Shown here: positions 13,286-24,779 of the stretch, piece after piece | Numbering within the stretch: the first letter of the stretch is position 1 | Layout: each line of letters begins with the position of its first letter | Origin: Lama glama | Taxonomy: Eukaryota | Reading direction: 5' to 3' | Assembly (NCBI GenBank): GCA_028534125.1 | Contig: CM052816.1 | Span: forward strand, 58,096,001 to 58,160,000 | Length of the DNA stretch: 64,000 nt | Notes under the pieces: generated by a model | What the model saw: the letters and a program-made list of their open reading frames with translations, nothing else | Told to the model about the DNA's origin: nothing | The model's database searches: none | Made by a program: the position numbers and the translations under genes

Positions 13286-14084
13286 GTAGACATCAAGTAT
13301 TTTGTCCCAAAGTTACAATTTCCAAATACTTAAATTTCAATGGAAATGTTGCTAAAATGCATCAACAAGCTTGCAGCCTTCTCCAAAGAGTTTAAGGCTT
13401 TTTCTCGATGACTCAGTTTCAAGTTGTATATAAAGAACTATTTGCTCTATGCTAAAGGCTCTCAGTTTTTACATCTGACACTATTTTTCTCCTTCATGAG
13501 CCCGCGAGAGGATAAATACAGGAGAGCAGAGTTGGGGAGTCACAATTCTTCTCTGCCTGCTGCCTTCCCTTGTTAATCTCCCTGCATTAAAATTTCTATC
13601 TCTAATCTACTGTGGCCTGGGAGATAATGAAACCAAGCTTGTCAGAATCATGCCTAAAACAAGAGAGTAATTAGTTTCCAGGGGAGGGCCAGGTCATACC
13701 CCATCTGATTAAAGTTCATGAATGCCACTTTAGATACTTATTTGACTGTTCTGAGGCATTTTCTGGTGCACTGCCCTGTGCCAGAGGTTGATATAAGGGA
13801 CCCAGGTAAGTGATGTGGACTATATGCCTGGTCTAAATCTACACAGAGACATGGATTTTTGCAAGATTATTTTAAAAAGCCCTATAATCAACTCCTGACT
13901 TATTTACTGCCTGGGCTACGAATTCTGAATATCAGAAGACAATTCAGGGGTATCACTCCACAACCATATCTCCTTCCGTGAGCACTGCCCCCTCCTTTTC
14001 ACAGGGGTTGGTCATAGCAGCCATATCTGTCCCCTGTGATTTCCCCTCTGGCCACAGTTGATGGAACCAGGCTTTATCCCCAGG

Positions 14085-14495
14085 AGAACTCTCCCACATG
14101 TGTGCTGGGAGGCATGCACAGTGTTCATTGGAACACTATTTGTAGTAGCAGAAGACTTGAAAATGACCTAAATGTCTATCTCCAGGAGAACAGGTAATAA
14201 ATTGTGGTATGTTTATTCCTACATTAGAATATTACACAGGAGTTAAAGTGAATGAACTAAATCTCCATGTTTCAACACAGTTAATGTTTCAAAAAACATA
14301 AACTGAGCACAAACACAAGTTGTAGAAGAATTTTAAAAGCAAACTAGAATAATACCACTTACCTGGAACTTAAGTGCATGTAAGCAATTATCATATTTTG
14401 TTTATAGATATATACATTTGCAGTAAAGGATAAAGAAATGCATGGGGACATAAAACACAATAAACACCAAATTTTGGATACTAGTTAGCACTAGG
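14085..14495 (+). mobile_element. L1ME-like 3' fragment, probably inserted in a decayed MaLR-like LTR (~13950-14870)
   Basis: tgttcattggaacactatttgtagtagcagaagacttgaaaatgacctaaatgtc...ataaattgtggtat...atgaactaaatctccatg. Flanks resemble MLT1 (ctggccacagttgatggaaccagg). Confidence 0.65.
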
Positions 14496-14979
14496 AGCCA
14501 CATTGGCTAAATTTCTCACTAAGATGTAAATGGTTGATATATGACTTAGAAACAACTGCAAGGAGAGAAGGGAATGATAGGAGCAAGAGAGCATTGAGTA
14601 CCTGAAAATATCTTGAGTGTGTGTGCATTGCGGGAGGGTGTGTCGGAATGGGAGGAGATAAGAGCTGAAGTGAAAAGGAAAATTAGAAACAACCGTCGCA
14701 GTTAAGAGGAAATTGGAAGCCCCAAAACCAAGTGTGCAGGGCTACATGTGACTGGCAAGCTCAGTGGCTCCCACTCGTCAGGCAGGGCCTTGTGTTCTAT
14801 GTAACCGTAGAGAATACCAGCCAGGTCCCCAGGATGGGGTCACTTTGCAGTGAGGAAATAGAAGTCTGAGTGTGCTAGGATGCTGTCTCTTACCTCCCAA
14901 GACAGGCTCGTCCACATCTGAGCTCCTCTTGCTGCCCACCCTGCTGAGGCCTGTGACATCTCACCAGGATCTGCTTCTA

Positions 14980-15480
14980 TGTAATTCTTTGGCATAAGCG
15001 GCTGTTTTACCCTGATCACTGTAAAAAGAAGCACTTGACTTTCAATTAATGGAAGCGGATGCATTTCTTAATACACAGAACTAAGACTAATTTATGTCTT
15101 TTGCGAACACATAGGGACGGCTTAATTTAATGGAGCTGAAGGGGGAAGGGGGAGGGTCTTAGCAAGACCCATCTGGTCCAGCTCCGATTTAGCACGGATC
15201 ACTTCCCACTCACGACAGAGATGCTAATTGTGAGCGCTACTTCCAAACACCATAGGATGCGGTGTAATTGCACTGCTCATAAAAGAATTCCAAACAGGGC
15301 TGTTTTGAATTTGATGAAACATAATGAGAAATCTCTGTGGCAGATGACAACATTCTTCTTTCAATTAATGGGATACTTGCTCAGAATCATCCCTAAAACC
15401 ATTAGGAACTGATTAGAGAGATTTATGACCTCTGAAGGGACCAAACACAAACATTTTTCAAACAGAAAGTGCAGTAAAAC
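14980..15480. promoter_or_regulatory. Candidate conserved non-coding element/enhancer
   Basis: Repeat-free, about 9 retained CpGs, many TAAT/TTTAT homeodomain cores, and an exact duplicated 14-mer CTTTCAATTAATGG. Confidence 0.45.
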
Positions 15481-15789
15481 TATTTCCTTTGAGGACATCA
15501 GGGAGGACATTTGTTTAAGTGAAATGTGAGTAGACAGTATAATTTTCTAGAACATCTTCCACCAGATCTGAATGTCAGATTGCCCAAAGGCAAACCACAC
15601 TAGACCATTTTATGGAAAGTTTCACTTATTCCTTCCCTCCTTCAGTCATTCATTCATAAAAGTGATCCAACAGATATTATCATGAGGAAGGTGTAGGGCT
15701 TGGCTCTGTTAACTGTAGTGATGAGTCAGAAGGGGGAGTTTTCTATAAGAAGACTCTGCATGTTTGAAAGAAAACAGATGTGAAGTTAG

Positions 15790-15975
15790 AAATCCCTAAT
15801 TCAATTCACGCCTTCCCCATTGCTAGGTATATGATTTTGGGCAAATCACTTAACCCCTCTGAGCTTCAACGTCTTCAAAATGAGGATAAGAATATTTGCC
15901 TTTTAAACCTCATAGACTTACTCTGAATAAAATGATGTACACAAAATCTGACTATAAAGTGCTTTATAAATACAA
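15790..15975 (+). mobile_element. MIR SINE
   Basis: ttttgggcaaatcacttaacccctctgagcttcaacgtcttcaaaatgaggataag. Confidence 0.75.
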
Positions 15976-16069
15976 GGGTCGATTAATATTAAGATACTGA
16001 TTGCCCAGGACGGGAGATTTAAAGCACACAGAAACTTATAATACAAGGCAAAAAGCCAATGCTATCTTT

Positions 16070-16170
16070 GTTTTTTTGTTTGTTTGTTTTGTTTTGTTTT
16101 GTTTTCAGTAGAAGTACTAGAGGTTGAACCCAGGACCTCGCTCTACCACTGAGCTGTTCTCCCCACCCCC
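16070..16170 (-). mobile_element. Internally deleted vic-1-type tRNA-derived SINE
   Basis: Antisense A and B boxes (ctctaccactgagct; ttgaacccaggacctc), a (TTTTG)n tail, and a TSD-like pair caatgctatcttt / caattctatttt. Confidence 0.75.
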
Positions 16171-16504
16171 AATTCTATTTTGATAGAGGTACAAATTTAT
16201 TTATCATTTCAGAATATCTATTGAGCCCTAAAATGGGCCAGATGACATTCTCAAATGAAGTGCAAAGGCATTCAGAAGAGGAAGAATCACTGGCTTGTTC
16301 TTTGAATGCTCCTTGCCTACTTTACTCCACAGATCTTTCAGGATCCCTAAAGTTATCAGCATGGCTCTTAGTCTTTCCAACAATTGTAAAATTCATGGTG
16401 CACGGTTTGATTTCCTTTCACTACAAGGATCTGCCATTGGTCTGAAAACTATTTTCCCCCCTAGCCTCTCTCTGCCCGTCCTTGGTCTATCTCTCCTCTG
16501 AAGG

Positions 16505-16725
16505 TGAGAAGGTGAGAGGATGGACTAGCTTCAGAAACACACAGACCTGGCTGGACTCTGCCTAGTCCAAGCTTCGTGACCTGGGAATGCTCCCTGACAT
16601 CTCTGAGTCTGGTGATCTCCTGTGTGCGGTGGGGGCAATTATACTGCCCCTGTAGTGTCCTCAGAGGTGAGAGCAGCTTATGGAAAGCTCCCGGCATATT
16701 GCACACATGCAGCCATTGCAGCTGT
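16505..16725 (+). mobile_element. MIR SINE
   Basis: cagacctggctgga...gtgacctgggaa...ctctgagtctggtgatctcctgtgtgcggtgggg. Confidence 0.6.
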
Positions 16726-18519
16726 TATCATGGGAACAAAGGCCGTTTTCATCCATTCAAGGAATGACTCCGGCTTTGACAGAGGATTTGATTCAACAGA
16801 GTCATAGACATTTTCTTTCTTCATTTAATGATTTGGGAGAGGAAAAATGAGCTTGGTTAAATTTTTTTCAGTTGCTTCAAGCCTTTTATCCAAAAAATAT
16901 AGACCTGAGAAGTTGGCCTGTTGTAAGCAGAGCACCTGCTACTTCTTTTATAATCACAGAGCTAGAGTCTTCTTCTCCTTCTGATCTACTTCTAGCCTCC
17001 ATTTTTTTCTCAACGATTTCTCATATAGCCTTGTTTATATTTCTTCTACCAAAGGCAGGGGATATTACCTTTTTGTTTTGCCTCTAGTTTCAACAATTCA
17101 GTTGACAATTATATCTTACTTTATAGCACATGACAAGGTGGAAGTGGCAAATCACCCAACTGCTTAAAAAAACAAGGTACTAGCAGAGAGTCTCCTTCAC
17201 CTGGTGGATGCACAACTGGTAACAAGAAGGTAGGTAAGAAGGTGCTCTCAGTACATCAAGACAAGCTTTAAGGTGCAATGTATTAATGCTTTTCCACCAT
17301 TTCCTCTTGGAAGTCAAGAGGAGTGTGGCCTTTGGTGATCTCAGGGAGGCTGGGGAGAGATAAGATTTGGGCCAATCCTTTTCCAATCAAGATTCAGGAC
17401 CACAAGTTCAATTACTGTCCTTTCGCACTCAGCAGGGACATTTCTAAATCACGGCAGAGAACAAGAATTTGACCTGACAAGTATAAGAACTTTTACACAA
17501 GTTAATACAACCTGGAATTAGGGAGATGCTCAAAAATAGCTTTGGACTAAAGATTTTCCCTTTGACAGTTATTCTTGTTTCCTCGAACCTCTGAAAATGT
17601 CCAGAAAGTGGACATCTAAATACCCTGCCCAATCACTTTTCCATCCTGCCATGGATGGTTTTATTTTTTAACTTTTTTTTCAGTGGAGGAATTTTATTTA
17701 CCATTTTCTGAGACCTCCTGTGTCTCTTTGGGTCCTCTGAGAAGCAAATGCCAACCAGAATAAAACATACAGAAGCGACATGTTTGTGAGGAACACAGGG
17801 GAGAGGGAGCAGGAGGGGGCTGAGAGTCTTCAGAACCCTCTTCAGGGCAGACAGCTGTGTAAGGGAGTGGGAGGGAGGAGGACCGGGTAGAAGGAGGTTT
17901 AGACAGTGAAACACTGATAAAGTCTCAGCCAGGCCAATAGAGAGCCCTGGTTCAATGACTACCCATTAGAGAAGTCCCACATTGGGCAGGGATGGCCCAG
18001 TTTAAGTCTCCTTACCATGTTCGGCCACTGGGTAGGAGCAACCTATGGAAAGTAAGGCCTCAACACAATGCCAAGTTAGATCCAAACGGGCACAGCTGGA
18101 AGCTGCCCACCAACTACTCTCCCTAGAGCAGCTTCTCTTGACAGGAGACCTCTGTGGCTGCTGTGTCCAGTGCTTGGCTACACAGTTCCATTTCTCTACA
18201 CGTGTTCAGCAAGCAGCATCTCCCCAGTTCTCGTCGGCGTCTCTTCTATAGGAGAAAATTAGAAGAGGTTAGTTGGTGAACTACAGCCTCATCTCTGCAG
18301 CTGATCATTGCCTCCCTCCTCCACTATCCATTTCTCTCACCCTCAGTGTCACCTGGGCAGGTTTTGATGGTCTGCCTATTGGTAGAGCCCAATCTCTCAT
18401 TCGTAAAGGGTCTGAGCCCCCAGTACTACTGAGCAAAGACTACTACAAGGTGCCCAACTGGCTCTACTGCGTTTCACTCATATTCCTCTCTGTCCCTACT
18501 GCGTCAGAGTAGCCCTCCG

Positions 18520-18790
18520 CAGGGGGCAATTACCCCTGCCAAAATGATGACTTCTTTTTTCATCTGCTGATCCTTGGATACTAGACATCCAAAATGCCCA
18601 GGTGGAAACTGTAACTTGTAGTTCAGTGGGACACATGATGTATCCTCTGACAAGAGTGTACTCTCTCTGGAAACTAAAACCTTTAACCCTGCAAAGGCCA
18701 GAACTATGGGGATGGGAAGCACAAAGCCCCCATGTAGGCTACTGAGAATGATGGTAAGTGGGGCTACTCTTGCTTTCACCCTCTTGGTTT
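18520..18790 (-). pseudogene. ERVL integrase C-terminus/dUTPase fossil
   Basis: VAPLTI...FVLPIPIVLAFAGLKVLV...VPLNYKLQFPPGHFGCLVSKDQQMKKEVIILAGVI resembles HERV-L IPLNWKLRLPPGHFGLL...KKGVTVLAGVID. Confidence 0.9.
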
Positions 18791-18839
18791 CTAGATGGCT
18801 CAGATTTATTCAAATTACATTAATGACAGTGCGTGGGGA

Positions 18840-19560
18840 AGTTAACACAGTCCTGGGGCAAAACTAAATAAATATTATTGTGTGCTCAATGTAAATGCAA
18901 ACTGTTTCTGATCTTTTGGTTTTTTGATTGGAGTAGAAAGACTGCAGATGCCAAATTAATCGCCACATACCCAAGACCTTATTAATCAGCTACAGCAAAG
19001 TACTATGTCTGAAATAGCATTTTATTCAGGGCTTCTATTTGGTTGAGGCTTGTGGTAGTCTACAGCCATTCTCCGTGGTCTGTCTTGTATCTGCAGGGTT
19101 CAGACTGGTAAAGCAGATGGAAATATGATAAGAACCACTATCCCTGCATACTTTAGACCTTAAATGGTAGCACTAATCTCTACCATACAGCTCCTTTATA
19201 AATAAAAAGCCCAAAACACAAAATCTTTTGATGTGATATTGTTTTTACTAACTCTAGAGGCTTCCCTTTGACCTTCTCCATGATGCTAGCTCTTACCCAC
19301 AGGCCAGGGGTTCAATGTAAGGATTATTCCAACTGCCACATATGGGTCCATGGACCTTTGAACCCACTGTAAACCAGGCTAGTAAGGTCTCCATTCATTA
19401 GGGGGTTATTATAACATTGTGGGTCTTTGAATGTCAACTTTAACTCAGACTCTGTGTCCAATACTTCTTGAAATGTCTAGGTATTCCTCTTTCCCAGGGC
19501 AGTCACCTAAGCAAATGGCCATAGGTCTCTTTGAAGAAGGACTGAGGGAATCATCACAAT
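18840..19560 (-). pseudogene. ERVL protease and RT N-terminus fossil (stops and frameshifts)
   Basis: LDTESEL (19441-19461) vs protease LDTGSEL. LKYAGIVV...RMAVDYHK vs LKDAGVVI...RMTVDYRK. VLPQD vs VLPQG. Confidence 0.85.
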
Positions 19561-19619
19561 GTATACTTGCCATGGTGTTGTAGGGCCCTTCCTCCTGGAG
19601 ATCTGGTCACCTCTTTAGT

Positions 19620-20820
19620 CAGTGGATCCCAAATCAGAAAATTGGCTAAAGGCTAGTAATTGAACAAGTGATCATGACCTTTTATTAAAGCAACTGCCTT
19701 CAGTCACCTTCTCCTCTATTCTTATCTTCTGATTGTTATTAAACAGAACTTTTGGCTTCTCATCTGTTTGGCCGTATTCCACTGACCACCTCCACAATTT
19801 CTTGTGGTCAAGCCCTCCTGGCTGCCCATCTGATATTGCCAGTCATTACGGCAATTGCAGCCCCCTAGCTGCTGGTGGTTAAGTGCTGCCACCTGGCCTC
19901 TATTACTCCCAGGTTCCATTTCCCCACTGCTATCAATAAGCCCAGCTCACCGCTGCCACCACTGAACTTTACAGAGTATTCCTGATAGCGTGATGAATGG
20001 CGTGTCCTCTGGACTCTCCTATGCAATCCCATCCTCAGGTGGCTGTTCTGATGTCGCATATAATATTGATTCTAACATTTTTTCCTCCCTGGGTCTTTTA
20101 ACTCTCTACCGTCTGCTAGCGAAATTCACTTTGCTCAGTATTAGCCATCAGTATCTTCAGGCTTCTAAGATCCACCTTAGCCATGAATTTTACTCATATC
20201 CCAGGGTTCTTGCCTGTGTCCCAAGAAATGGAGTATATATTTTAATAGTAGGGGGTGGGTTGCCTTAGCAAGTTTTAAAGGTTCAAGGGAGTTTATATAG
20301 CTAAATTTCTTGGAGGCATCCACTATGTTCTCATGCAATGTTTCAGGGTCCAAGATTTCCCCAGCCAGGGCCCTGACTTTAGCATAATGGCACTGTCTTG
20401 CTTGAGCATTTAAATGTCTCTGAAGCTCTGAGAAACTATTAGATTCTGAGTCATCTCTTCAACTATGATCATTATTCCACTGTAGGAGATGAGACTCTTT
20501 GTAAGTGTCCAAAAAGGTTGTCCGGCTCTCATACTTAGTCCTGAATTGTTTGTTAATGGCCCTCATTTTCTAATTATCCCTCCATAGGGTATGAATACAA
20601 TATAGTAATGACTATCCTTATAGTTATCATTCTCTCATATATTTCAAATGCTTGAACCATTGTATTGGCAAAAGCATTCTCCTCCATCGAGACATTCTTC
20701 CAGGTCACCGACCATGCAATCTTCAGCAACTGAGCCACACCATCTTATTCTAGGGACTATCCATGCCCCACATTTCACCTGGGCTGGTATTCTCTTTGCT
20801 AGCTGTGTGGTGAATGAGCT
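19620..20820 (-). pseudogene. ERVL gag fossil
   Basis: GSNRGQVAALNHQQLGG resembles HERV-L gag GGRGQVAALNRQRQGG. It lies between the PBS and the protease. Confidence 0.75.
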
Positions 20821-22779
20821 AGTCTCCAAACTCCACTCATATACCAACTATGTAAGTTTGTGTCCTCCAAGAGGGGACACCAAGATGGAATTAGATGCAC
20901 TTGAGATTTGCTGGGAAAATGTTTGTGAAGAAGGAGTAGGAGTAGGTAGGAATTGCCTTCAGAACATGCAGGTAAAAGGAGAGAGCTTCTAAGAAAGTAG
21001 GACAGTCAGGAGAACTCCAGCCAGCAGGGCAGATCTGAGAAGGTCTCAGCTAGGCAGACGAGGAGCCCCAGAGCAAAGATTTCCCATCACAGGAGTCTTG
21101 TGTCAAGCAGGTATGGTAGGGCTCTGGGGCCCCTGCTATGCTAAGTCCTGGCTGGTGTCAAACAGGGAAAGCCTCAGTGGGAGCTCTGCTAGAGACCCCA
21201 GTTTGCAGCATCTAGAAGATATCTTCCAGCTACCATCCTTGCAGCAGGTTCTCTTGAAACGGTATCTGAGCAGCACAGCTCCATGGCTGACACATCTCCC
21301 CAAAGAGGTGGGAGGCCAGATATCTGGATGTAAGACCAATGGCCAACCTCCAGTGGGACAGAAATTTGGAGAACTGAATGAGTTCCCCATTGCTTATGTG
21401 AAAGAGTTCAAGCCATGTTTGAGGTCTTCCTTGGGCAATTTTGGGAGAGTAAGTTCTATACCCATGGTATCTTCCGATTTCCTTTAGCCCTGTCAGAATT
21501 CTTACCCCTATAGGCTGAACTTCTGTATGCAGAACAAGATCTTCCCTTCTTCTATGCAGCTGTGGCTCAGACACCTCCAGGAATGTGGGGCCAAACCAGG
21601 TGGTCTTGGAGACTTAAGAAGGTATTTTTCCTCTGTGCTCAAAGAGAGCTGGATTTAAGTGCATAAGAGGGTTGGTTTATTGTGATCAAATCTAACCGGA
21701 ATATCTCTTTCTAGACACCTGATCTTGGATTTCACATAATTTTTATATTGAACGTATTATATGTCCTCCCTGATAGTCCTGTCTTCAAAGACTAGAGGTC
21801 TAACCTGTTTGAATGAGGAAGCAAACAAATGAAGGCTTAGAAATTGGAAGCAAGTAAATCAACTAAATTCTCCCTCACATGAGGCTGATGAAAGAAACTG
21901 TCCCAGCAATTAGCTCTAAATCTTGCTCTATGGGACAATGGATATTTGGGAAGCCAATTTCAAGGGAGTTATAAATAAAACCCTCCAAAGACTAGAGCAA
22001 GAGAAAACCGCAGTCCTTAGTGAGGAAGCAAGCAAGTGAGGAATGGAAAGTGCGTAGCCAGGCGGTGCATTACCAGGATGTGTGTGGGCTTCCAAGAGCT
22101 GGCTTGGCTCTCCTTCCAACTAGCTGGAGGGCCGTGGGCAAGTTGTTTGATGCCAATGAGACTTCATTTCCTTATTTATAAAATTAAGTGAGAAAAATGC
22201 ATCTTGTTTATTATGTAGTTAAAGGAATTAAGAAACAAAACAGAATAGCATAGTAAGAATGAGTTCTGGAGTCAGAAGTCCCAACTCTCCATCAGATTCA
22301 ACCTTGATGAGTCTCAGTTGCCTCTCTTTAAAATGAAGGCCATGATACCAAGTCATAGAGTTGTGAGTGTTAAGTCAAAAATGACTGGGAAGCATGTAGC
22401 ACAGTGCTGTGTAGCAGATGCTATTGATAACAACACCAGCTCCACTTCCAACTTTCCAACTGCCACCACCTGCATTTCTTTTCTGAGGGATTTTTCTTGC
22501 TGCTGGTCCAGATTTGCTGCCCAATAGGTGGGACTAACGGGCCAGGGAATGAATGTCCTCCCAAGGACAACCCTCAAGCAATGTCTACTGGTAGCTGGAT
22601 AAATAACCCAGTGACCTTCCCTCTCACATCAGGCAACTCAGTGTCTCATCTCCTGTTCTCCCAGTGGTAACTGGCCCCCCAATGCACCTTTGATTGGCTG
22701 ACTTTTCCTTCCTGTCTTACTTCCTACTCTCCTACTAGTTTTTCCTCCACCTCCCAAATATAAAAATACTTGCACTTTC

Positions 22780-23577
22780 CAAAAACAGGCAAATGGATAA
22801 AGAAGATGTGGCATACTATGGAAAACAGTGTGGCAATTCCTCAAAAGACTAGGAATAGACTTACTGTATGACCCAGGAATCCCGCTCCTGGGCTTATATC
22901 CAGAAGGAACCCTACTTCAGGATGACACCTGCACCCCAATGTTCATAGCAGCACTATTTACAACAGCCAAGACATGGAAACAGCCTAAATGTCCATCAAT
23001 GGATGACTGGATAAAGAAGATGTGGTATATTTATACAATGGAATACTACTCAGCCATAAAAACCGACAACATAACGCCATTTGCAGCAACATGGATGTCC
23101 CTGGAGAATGTCATTCTAAGTGAAGTAAGCCAGAAAGAGAAAGAAGAATACCATATGAGATCGCTCATATGTGGAATCTAAAAAACAAAAACAAAACAAA
23201 GCATAAATACAAAACAGNNNNNNNNNNNNNNNNNNNNNNNNNNNNNNNNNNNNNNNNNNNNNNNNNNNNNNNNNNNNNNNNNNNNNNNNNNNNNNNNNNN
23301 NNNNNNNNNNNNNNNNNTGTGCAAAACAGAAACAGACTCACAGATACAGAAAACAAACTAGTGGTTACCAAAGGCAGGTTGGTATGGGATTAACAGATAC
23401 AAACTACTATGTATAAAATAGATAAGCAACAAGGATATACTGTATAGCACAAGGAATTATAGCCATTATCTTGTAATAACTTTTAATGGAGTATAATCTG
23501 TAATAATACTGAATCACTACACTGTACACCTAAAACTAAAATAATGTAAATCAACTATACTTCCAAAAAAAAAAAAA
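22780..23577 (+). mobile_element. L1 3' ends: a young L1 (22817-23217, open ORF2 C-terminus) apparently within an older L1 3' end
   Basis: ORF 22828-23181 (WQFLKRLGIDLLYDPGIPLLGLYP...DTCTPMFIAALFT...WKQPKCPS..WIKKMWYIYTMEYYSAIK) is an intact L1 ORF2 C-terminus with CpGs retained. A 3' UTR and poly-A follow the gap. Confidence 0.9.
23218..23317. other. Assembly gap (100 N)
   Basis: Run of N. Confidence 1.
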
Positions 23578-24674
23578 CCTACGCTTGAATTCTATCTCCG
23601 AGTCTGCATTTAGAAGAAATTGTCTAACAGTCTCAGGTACATATACAAAAAACCAATCAATGAAGCTAGGTGTGGTTATTATAAGAAATGTGCTTTATAA
23701 AAAATAAATCATTATAAAAATAAATCATGATATAAATATTAGCAGTGATTAAAAAAAACTGTCAAATTCTCAGCAGATATCCAACAACATCATAGTAAAG
23801 AGATCAAGAAATAAACTTGAAAGTCACCTTATTTCTCCAGCAACTGCCCACTCATACCCATCTCAGCGACCCCCCAGTTCAATGTGTATATTCACACTAC
23901 ACTTTGCATCCCTACCCTTAGAATAGTATGTGACTGAGTAGCTTTCTGGGGCAGACTAGAACAGAGAAAGAGATGTCTTCACAACCATTTTTTACCTTCT
24001 TGGGTTAACTTTCTACCTTCTCAGCCCAAGGCAGGTTTGGACCTAGCTATTCCAAAGGGAAAACAAAGGACCTAACTACCCACAAGAGGCCGGCTGCCCC
24101 TAGGATGGCTGGAGTTGCTGGGACGCTGCTTGGGTTTAAACTCCTGTCCTAGCAGGAGGCCTATTCTCATGTACCCCTTCAAGTGTGCCCGATGTGCTTT
24201 GAAAAGCCCTCCTTTAATAGATCAGCATAGGGCCCAGCCTCTGCAAATTGATAAGATCACAGGCTCTGCAGCAGCTTCATTGCTGCCTCCCCTGCACCAT
24301 CTGCCCAAACCAAGCCTGTCCCCATGAATCCCATCCAAAGCATGTAACTGAATGAATCCTGCTTTACCTAGAAATGAAATACGGCCCAGAGGGGTTTTCT
24401 TCTAGGGCTCATTTTCAGTTCAGTTAGCACATCTTGGCCTATGGGAAATACCAAATGCCAACCAACATCCCACTTCCCAACCAGGTGGGCTGGCCATCTC
24501 GACATCTTGAGAGCACCTACCACCAAAGCAGCAAGATGGCTAATGGGAAAGGGTGAGGAGGTGTGACACCCCAAGCCACTTTCTACAGGCAGGGGGAAAC
24601 CTGTGATTCCAGAGGTTCAATTTAGCACATCAGCATTTTATTTATACATTTAGATGTATAATCTGGAATTAACC

Positions 24675-24770
24675 TTCACAAAGGCAGGAACATTTGTGCC
24701 AGTTTATGAACAGCTGTATCCCTAGCACCTGGAACAATGCCTAAGTATATTGCAGATACTCAACATTTTC
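24675..24770 (+). mobile_element. L2 3' end
   Basis: aaggcaggaac...gctgtatccctagcacctggaacaatgcct...actcaacattt. Confidence 0.7.
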
Positions 24771-24779
24771 TTGTTCTTT

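Larger units (their letters stand above)
17719..21294 (-). mobile_element. Internally deleted ERVL (LTR16/ERV3-16A3-type) provirus with both LTRs
   Basis: Two homologous ~450-bp LTRs (17719-18184 and 20849-21294), a 5-bp TSD CCTCC/TCTCC, a PBS-like TGGTATATGAGTGG next to the 5' LTR, a purine-rich PPT next to the 3' LTR, and ERVL gag, protease, RT N-terminus and dUTPase peptides in the expected order. Confidence 0.9.
22408..23629 (+). mobile_element. Solo LTR16C-like ERVL LTR, interrupted by L1 (LTR parts ~22408-22778 and ~23578-23629)
   Basis: Starts tgtagcagatgct, has an internal gccagggaatgaatgtcctcccaaggacaaccctc, and its 3' end (ttgaattctatctccgagtctgc...ctaaca) resumes after the L1 poly-A. 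Confidence 0.75.
22240..23685 (+). mobile_element. MIR split by nested insertions (halves ~22240-22407 and ~23630-23685)
   Basis: MIR reads ...aagcatgtagcacagtgc and appears to resume after the LTR as tcaggtacatatacaaaaaaccaatcaatgaagctag...ttattat. Confidence 0.55.

Noticed and set aside
22828..23181. 117-aa ORF as a host gene
   Set aside because: It is the C-terminus of L1 ORF2.
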